Positions 58,401 to 64,000 of a stretch of DNA of 64,000 nucleotides are shown here, piece after piece. The stretch lies in assembly GCA_040901675.1 (NCBI GenBank), contig JBBDYJ010000014.1, positions 101,418 through 165,417 on the forward strand. Direction: 5' to 3'. Made by a program: the position numbers and the translations under genes. The DNA is from Pirellulales bacterium (GTDB lineage Bacteria; Planctomycetota; Planctomycetia; Pirellulales; JAICIG01). The stretch's first letter is position 1. Each line of letters starts with the position of its first letter. A model generated the notes under the pieces. That model ran no database searches. It saw nothing but the letters and a program-made list of their open reading frames with translations, and had not been told where the DNA came from.

Positions 58401-61400
58401 CCGCGGGCGCCGACGGCAACCACACCAAGGTCACGCAGCACGTTGATGGTGTCTCGGCAAATGACCGCGTGACCATCCAGGGGTATGATTGGCGCAATCG
58501 CCGCACAAGCGGCGATGGCGAGATCGATTTCTATCAGAAGAACTTCTTCGATAACATGGGCCGTAGCATCAAGATAGAGCAGTACGATATGACCTCGTCC
58601 GGCATCCTCATCGCACGAACCGAGACCAAACACGACGACCGGAGTCGCGTCTACCGCTCGATCCGTTATGCAGTTGATCCGGCTACCGGCTCAGTCGGCA
58701 ACAGCCTCACGGACGACACCTGGTTCGACGCGGCAGGAGATGTCATCAAGCACTTTCCCGCGGGGTCGAAGGCGTTTACCAAGTCGGTCTTCGATGGCCT
58801 GGGCCGCGCGACGAAACAGTACGTCGGCTACGACACGGCCGAGACCAGCTACGCGGACGCGGGCAACGTCACGGGCGATACCGTCTTCGAGCAGGTCGAG
58901 ACGGCCTACGACGCGGCGAGCAACGTGATCCAGACCACGCTCCGTCGTCGATTCCACAACGCCACCGGCACTGGCGAGCTGACGACTCCCTCGGGGTCGC
59001 AGCCCAAGGCGCGGGTCAAGTACGTCGCGTTGTATCCGGACGCCGTAGGGCGGCAGCAGGCCGTGGCCGACTATGGCACCAACGGCGGGAGCGCGTTCAG
59101 CCGATCGTCGGTGGTTCCCGCCCGGTCCGACACCGTGCTGGTCACCTCGACCGAGTACAACTCCGACGGCGAGGCATTCAAGACGGTTGATCCGATGGCA
59201 ACCGAGACCCGCCAGGAATTCGACGCCGTCGGCCGGCAGACCAAGCTGATCGAGAACTACATCGACGGCGACCCGGCGACCGGCACGTCGGATGAGGACC
59301 GGACCACCGTGACCGCCTACAACGCTGACGGCCAGGTCAAGTCATTGACCGCCAAGAACCCGACCACCGGTGACCAGGTGACCAAGTACGTTTACGGCAG
59401 CACGCTGGCCGAGTCAGGGGTGGCCAGCAGCCAGCTCCTGCGGGCGGTGATCTATCCGGATTCGGATGACGCCGACGCGCCGCTGGGCAATGGCCCCGAC
59501 GGCATCTACGACCGGGTCGAGTACAAGTACAACCGCCAGGGCGAGCGGATTGAGCTGAAGGACCAGCGCGAGACAATCCATGTCTACGAGCGGGACAAGC
59601 TTGGCCGCGAGATCCACGACCGCGTCACGGCCCTGGGCACGCCTCACGGCGCCTCCTCATCCAGTTCCTCTTCCTCATCGAGTTCCAGCTCAAGCGGTCC
59701 CGGCGACGTGGTGGATGGTTCGGTCCGGCGGATCAGCCGAACATACGAGGTCCGCGGGATGCTCGAAAAGGTCACCAGCCACGACAACGCAACGGTTGGC
59801 TCCGGGGCTGTAGTCAACGACGTGCAGTTCGTCTACAATACTTTTGGGCAGTTGGTGACCGAATACCAGGAGCACGCTGGGGCCGTGAGCACGTCGACGA
59901 CACCCAAGGTGCAGTACGCCTACGCCGATGGCAGCGCCAACCACGTCCGCCGCACGTCGGTGACGTACCCCAACGGCCGCATCCTCCGCTACGAGTACAG
60001 CTCCGGGGCGGACGAGAACCTGGGCCGCGTCAGCTTCCTCGCCGACGACGACTTGGGGGCGGTCGGCACGCACCTGGCCGAGTACACCTATCTCGGCCTC
60101 GGCACGATCGTGCAAGTCGACTACACCGAGCCCGACATCCGTTACGACTTGGTCAGCGGTTCGGGCGACGACCCGTATGACGGCCTCGATCGGTTCGACC
60201 GGGTGGTCGATTGCCTGTGGCGGAACTACGGCACCTCCACCGACGTCGAGCGGATCAAGTACGGCTATGATCGAGCCTCGAACCGCCTCTGGCGGGAAAA
60301 CACCGTTGCGCCCGCCGGGTTCGACGAGCTGTATGCCTACGACGGCTCCTACCGCCTCTCCGACTTCGACCGCGGAGCCCTGAACTCGACCAAAGACAGC
60401 ATCGCCACCTTGGCCTTCGCCCAGGAGTGGGCCCTCGATCCCACCGGCAACTGGGGCGGCTTCAAGGAGGACGACAACGGCGACGGGACGTGGGACCTCG
60501 ACCAGGACCGCACGGCCAACAAGGTCAACGAGATCACCGACATCTCCGAGACGGCCGGCCCGGCCTGGGCCACGCCCGCCTACAGCCGTGCGGGCAACAT
60601 GACGACCCTCCCGCAGCCAACCGATCCCACGGCGAGTTACGCCGCCGCGTTCGATGCCTGGAACCGCCTGGTCAAGCTGACCGAGGGGACCGATACGGTT
60701 CAGGAGAACGAGTACGACGGTGTGCGCCGCCGCACGGTCCGCAAGGACTACGCGGCCGGCACGCTCGCTGAGACCCGGCACTTCTACGATTCCGCCGTTT
60801 GGCAGGTGCTCGAAGAACGGCTGGACACCTCCACGAATCCCGACCGTCAGTTCGTGTGGGGCCTGCGGTACATCGATGACTTGGCCTGCCGGGATCGCGA
60901 CACCACCGGCGACGGCACGCTCGACGAGCGGCTCTACGCTCTGCAAGACCCGAACTGGAATGTCACCGCCCTCGCCGACAGCGCCGGAGTTCCCGTCGAG
61001 AGATACATTTACGATGCCTATGGCATGCCCGATGTCCTCACCGGCATCTTCGTCAGCCGCCCAGAGTCCGATTATGGATGGGAATACCGTTTTGCGGGAC
61101 GTCCTTTGGACAACGAGACGAATATCTATGACTTTCGATTTCGCTACTACAATTCTCGGACGGGCGGCTTCGTCAGCCGGGATCCTTTGCCCTTCTTCGA
61201 GCCGCATAGTCTATTCGAATACGTATCAAGCAGCCCGCTTGGGTTCGTTGATCCGTTAGGCTTATTTGGCATTACCATACCGTTCATTGGGAACCTACCG
61301 GTCGTGACAGGAGCGTGCGGCAGTATTTCTGTTTCTGCGACGGCGACGGCTCTCAGTGTGGTCAGCGTAGATCTCGGCGCACTTCCGTTCGGCTTCGGCG

Positions 61401-61831
61401 AAGCGCTCGTCTTGAAAGCGCTGAAGCTTCTTGGACTGGAACCGACGATCCTCGCTGCCATCAACAAGGCGATTCCAAACCCATTGTTCAATTTTGCTCA
61501 AAATCGCCAATGCCCTATCGGAAGCAAATGCTGCATCCTCCTCTCAGAGTCATTTACCCTCACAGCATTCGTAAGCATTACGGGCACCGGCACAGTCAGC
61601 GCTACAATATCAATAACAATTATTAAAAAGAAGATAAGCACAACATTCACCGCGACCGTGACTGCCAAGGTGACGGCCAAAGGATCTGCTACGGCGGGAA
61701 TCTGTGTCCCCCAGGGGTGCAAATGCCCTCCAAAGCTGTTGGATGAAACATTTGACATACAACTCGGCACCCAAGACAATCCGATTCCGATTCCAGTACA
61801 GATCCCCCTAGGAGAGATCTCGCTGAATTAG
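55418..61831 (+). CDS. Rhs/YD-repeat protein 2 with beta-rich C-terminal domain
   Basis: Paralogue of 46069-52482; core RYYNSRTGGFVSRDP and PLGFVDPLG; unrelated AT-richer CT; three poly-Ser tracts. Confidence 0.95.
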   Translation: MPTIPHCNNLVLPSKLYAEVYSCGTSTIPLSWTGSGWSGSGPFGNTGRTITLRIHWNSTSFLLDYSFSDNCFSGQDLPSAPFCGSDLYNFIVGWALTIHPSCCDMPDITPSVGMDVAVTANGPLPRPTAPSSDCECECEGDCECQCDDECDPNTVGAGSSGNPGRIKEMSSGPIRYATGEVVLKATDLAVGGFGMPWRHRRSFASRMTFNDDQGQGYNWQMETWPYLVRRAGGGLTAMGRANQTIWFDKSGSSYVARYGVKATLVHDTAANVYRMTDTKGGVTEYDDVELVFFRYVDPAGHETKAVSYSGENITEVQRVYDDGAGNQTTESFLYSYVTGADFLRRISSVTVRRKVNAGEWTNVRKVVYAYYGDGEPHGAVGDLKTVTPQAWEDSAWANLGTSYYRYYKHPLTGSSSSSSSSSSSSSSSSSSGPSTIGLAHLLKYVVNPDSFARLSADPNVSDPLTASDAIVAQYADNYFAYDSSRRVTTEMLQGGTRTYTYAYAESGFADGVNNWKFKTTETIPGGAQNVVYANHAGQVMLSMLKDGTDEWRRFYKYNADFRVMLKALPSAVTGHSEAAADLLNSQSGNYQYLADSVGLIHVFDYHAASGQVSAERIKKGELGTENKLWERQYLTYTEQGSSSTSSSSSSSSSSSSSSSSSSSSSLSGGMPARTVYPISKLIEYPDDIDADPTQAKKIETSFAYTWFAGTVAIQERTTTLPVIPTSQNGSGVAATRSERFDIYGNLLWVKDERGFLTRRQYDLPTGGLVQEIADVDTAQTADEPAGWSTPSGGGLHLITDYEFDLLGRVTQQLGPSHTVDIGGVATTVRTASWMVYKESLFQQWSAQGYATGSAPNYTYTLVNPVSIAKFDEVRKTLEAISATRASTSGKLLASDTFAQSSYVRWTTHQYTDCCKLASTRVYHAIPSSGPGSSGTNYDQTEFGYDLLNRWNRTVSPGGTITKTIFDVRNLPTEVLVGTTDENLVALTDNEYDGGTAGADGNHTKVTQHVDGVSANDRVTIQGYDWRNRRTSGDGEIDFYQKNFFDNMGRSIKIEQYDMTSSGILIARTETKHDDRSRVYRSIRYAVDPATGSVGNSLTDDTWFDAAGDVIKHFPAGSKAFTKSVFDGLGRATKQYVGYDTAETSYADAGNVTGDTVFEQVETAYDAASNVIQTTLRRRFHNATGTGELTTPSGSQPKARVKYVALYPDAVGRQQAVADYGTNGGSAFSRSSVVPARSDTVLVTSTEYNSDGEAFKTVDPMATETRQEFDAVGRQTKLIENYIDGDPATGTSDEDRTTVTAYNADGQVKSLTAKNPTTGDQVTKYVYGSTLAESGVASSQLLRAVIYPDSDDADAPLGNGPDGIYDRVEYKYNRQGERIELKDQRETIHVYERDKLGREIHDRVTALGTPHGASSSSSSSSSSSSSSGPGDVVDGSVRRISRTYEVRGMLEKVTSHDNATVGSGAVVNDVQFVYNTFGQLVTEYQEHAGAVSTSTTPKVQYAYADGSANHVRRTSVTYPNGRILRYEYSSGADENLGRVSFLADDDLGAVGTHLAEYTYLGLGTIVQVDYTEPDIRYDLVSGSGDDPYDGLDRFDRVVDCLWRNYGTSTDVERIKYGYDRASNRLWRENTVAPAGFDELYAYDGSYRLSDFDRGALNSTKDSIATLAFAQEWALDPTGNWGGFKEDDNGDGTWDLDQDRTANKVNEITDISETAGPAWATPAYSRAGNMTTLPQPTDPTASYAAAFDAWNRLVKLTEGTDTVQENEYDGVRRRTVRKDYAAGTLAETRHFYDSAVWQVLEERLDTSTNPDRQFVWGLRYIDDLACRDRDTTGDGTLDERLYALQDPNWNVTALADSAGVPVERYIYDAYGMPDVLTGIFVSRPESDYGWEYRFAGRPLDNETNIYDFRFRYYNSRTGGFVSRDPLPFFEPHSLFEYVSSSPLGFVDPLGLFGITIPFIGNLPVVTGACGSISVSATATALSVVSVDLGALPFGFGEALVLKALKLLGLEPTILAAINKAIPNPLFNFAQNRQCPIGSKCCILLSESFTLTAFVSITGTGTVSATISITIIKKKISTTFTATVTAKVTAKGSATAGICVPQGCKCPPKLLDETFDIQLGTQDNPIPIPVQIPLGEISLN

Positions 61832-61845
61832 GCATCGACCTCCCC

Positions 61846-62364
61846 ATGAAACCACAGATCAGCCTGTCGAAATTATTTCTGGTGACCTTCGTGTACGCGG
61901 CCGCTCTTGCGCTACTGTCACCCTGGAATTTCGGATCAATGCAGAAGGCATTGGCGCTCGGCATCCTGACTTTCTTCGTCGGCTTTGATCTGTCAAGAGT
62001 CCGGCTACGACAAGATGTAAGTGGCGAAAGCAAAGACGCTTGGGTTTTCTGCGCATACTATTCCACGGCATTCGCCTTTGCCACGTTAGGCTGTATGGTG
62101 GGTTTCCTTTGCGCACCTTTTTCTCCATCGGCCGCAGAACCAGAGCGGACTCTTGCCGCCGCCTATTCTCCGCTTGTACGTACATTTGCGATTACTGTTT
62201 TGTACATCGCTGCGTTTACAGTTTTCAGTTCGATCGCGTTTGTGATGTCGTTGGTCGCCTTGCGTCGCTCTCAAACTGCATGGTGGCTTTTGATAATTAA
62301 TTCTCCTGGCATAATAATCTTGTTGATGTTCGCAATTGGAACTGTGTTTTGTGTAGGGAGCTAA
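61846..62364 (+). CDS. Multi-pass membrane protein, candidate immunity protein for Rhs 2
   Basis: 14 bp after the Rhs stop, same strand, low GC, about 5 hydrophobic segments, QISLSKLFLVT N-terminus. Confidence 0.75.
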   Translation: MKPQISLSKLFLVTFVYAAALALLSPWNFGSMQKALALGILTFFVGFDLSRVRLRQDVSGESKDAWVFCAYYSTAFAFATLGCMVGFLCAPFSPSAAEPERTLAAAYSPLVRTFAITVLYIAAFTVFSSIAFVMSLVALRRSQTAWWLLIINSPGIIILLMFAIGTVFCVGS

Positions 62365-62715
62365 CAAATGGATGGTCATCGTTGACGTGGAATACGACGC
62401 TCGCGCCGAATCCTCCATCCGCGCGTTGGCATCTCCGACGAAACGAACGACCGTGGAGGTCATGAACGCGGCCCAGAGCCTACGGCACGATGAATTCACA
62501 GACGCTTCAAATGCCAAACTGCCGGTATCGTATCGCGTTGGCGCGACGCGAGCCCTACCTTTGCGGTCATGCAGCCGTGCGGACGCGAGGCGGGGTAGTT
62601 ACGTCCAGGGTCTGTGCGGGCTGCCGCCTCGGATCAATCGCGTGCGTATCGCTAGCCCAGACTGATGGCGATTTCCTCCAGAGGATGCTTGGCGCCGACG
62701 CGCACGATCGGGATG

Positions 62716-62825
62716 ACCGGCCGCGCGTAGGCTTTGTCACGCCTAACCTCGTGCTTGGCGGGGCCGAACGGTGGATGCTGAATCTGCTGCGATACCTCGA
62801 ACGATTCAAAGACTGCCATGGCTGA
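62716..62825 (+). pseudogene. Fragment of a GT4-type glycosyltransferase N-terminus
   Basis: RPRVGFVTPNLVLGGAERWMLNLLRYL followed shortly by a stop. Confidence 0.6.
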
Positions 62826-63105
62826 AACGGCAAAATGAGTGACGCGCGTACTGTCTCCGCAATTGCTTGCAGCAATTTTTAAAAAGTTGGCGACGGGCAT
62901 GCAGCCGCGGGGATGCGAGGATCATTCTCTGCCGTCGGGTGCGATCACGGTCTCGTCATACTGGTACATGAGGAAGAGCTCGGGAGCTCCAAACTGCCTT
63001 ATCAGACGTTCGTGATCCGACAGAGCGTCAGGCTTTACTGAGGGTGTGGCGAATCGACAGCGATCCGCTAACCCAAGGTTCCAGTGAGACGGTGTTGGTC
63101 ATCGA

Positions 63106-63175
63106 GCGATTCAAAGGTTCCAGGAACCGATTCTCGAGCGGCGATTCAAAGGTTCCAGGAACCGATTCTCGAGCG
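63106..63175. repeat. Exact 35-bp tandem duplication
   Basis: GCGATTCAAAGGTTCCAGGAACCGATTCTCGAGCG twice, with internal palindrome GGTTCC-A-GGAACC. Confidence 0.95.
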
Positions 63176-64000
63176 TCGGTCATACCCGCGCGCTCCGACA
63201 CGGTGCTCATCACGTCGACCGAGTACAACTCGGACGGGGAGGGGTTCAAGACCATCGATCCGATGGCGACCCAGACCCGCCAAGAGTTCGACGACGCGGG
63301 CCGCGAGACCAAGCTGATCGAGAACTACATCGACGGCGATCCAGCCACCGGCGCTGCCGACGAGGACCGGACTACCATAACGGCCTACAACGCTGACGGG
63401 CAAGTCAAAACCTTGACCGCCACGAACCCGACGACTGGCGACCAGGTGACCAAGTACGTCTACGGCAGCACGCTGGCCGACTCGGCAATAGCCAGCAGCC
63501 AACTCTTGCGGGCCGTGATCTATCCCGACTCGGATGATGAAGACAGTCCGCTCGGCAACGGCGCCGACGGAATCTACGACCGGGTCGAGTACAGGTACAA
63601 CCGGCAGGGTGAGCGGACGGAGCTGAAGGACCAGCGCGAGACGGTCCATGTCTACGAGCGGGACAAGCTCGGCCGCGAGATCCATGACCGCGTGACGGAG
63701 TTGGGCACGCCGCAGGGACCCTCGTCATCCAGTTCTAGCTCCTCCTCGAGTTCCAGCTCAAGCGCGCCGGTCGAGGTGGTGGACGGTGGCGTCCGCCGGA
63801 TCAGCCGGAGTTACGAGGTCCGGGGCATGCTGAAAAACGTCAGCAGCCACGACAATCCGACCGTCGGGGCGGGAAACGTGGTGAACGACGTGGAGTTCGT
63901 CTACAATGCGTTCGGGCAGTTGGTGGCCGAGTACCAGGAGCACGATGGGGCCGTGAACGTCTCGACGACACCCGAGGTGCAGTACGCCTACGCCGATGGT
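63176..64000 (+). pseudogene. Orphan 5'-truncated Rhs module 3, running off the window end
   Basis: SVIPARSDTVLITSTEYNSDGEGFKTIDPM... matches Rhs1 from about 49755 and Rhs2 from about 59108; the frame is open to 64000 and includes a 14-Ser tract. Confidence 0.9.

Noticed and set aside
62372..62665. 97-aa ORF after the candidate immunity gene
   Set aside because: No recognisable family and weak coding signal; left unannotated.
35765..64000. Prophage, ICE, T6SS or diversity-generating retroelement as the explanation of the island
   Set aside because: No integrase, transposase, capsid, VgrG/PAAR/Hcp or reverse transcriptase is visible, and differences between Rhs copies are not adenine-specific.

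Overview
GC-rich bacterial DNA, very probably a planctomycete (DUF1501/PSD1/PPC/cytochrome-WD40 cluster, planctomycete-type TolC, LRR and ECF genes). Bases 1-35.8 kb look like core chromosome: csrA, a DUF6807 protein, the DUF1501 module, yjbQ, holB-tmk-nagA, tolC, a DUF11 lipoprotein, a degenerate RNase HI, glgB, a PpiD/SurA-like protein, topA, an HTH-REC regulator, moaC and a polyprenyl synthase, with several families of small palindromic and heptamer repeats between genes. From about 36.2 kb to the end is an accessory locus: two ECF-like sigma factors, an anti-sigma-like ORF, then a co-oriented run of a single-YD-repeat exported peptide, a frameshifted helical protein, an S8 protease, a four-domain GT9-GT9-FkbM-methyltransferase fusion, HldE and a tandem array of Rhs proteins (two complete, one orphan running off the window). 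The Rhs proteins carry long poly-serine tracts, a Cys-rich variable N-terminal domain and different C-terminal domains (an Atp23/M76-like metallopeptidase and a beta-rich, possibly pore-forming domain). The leading hypothesis, which is inference only, is a dedicated system that heptosylates and methylates Rhs toxins on their poly-Ser loops. All calls come from reading motifs by eye; no database search was run.
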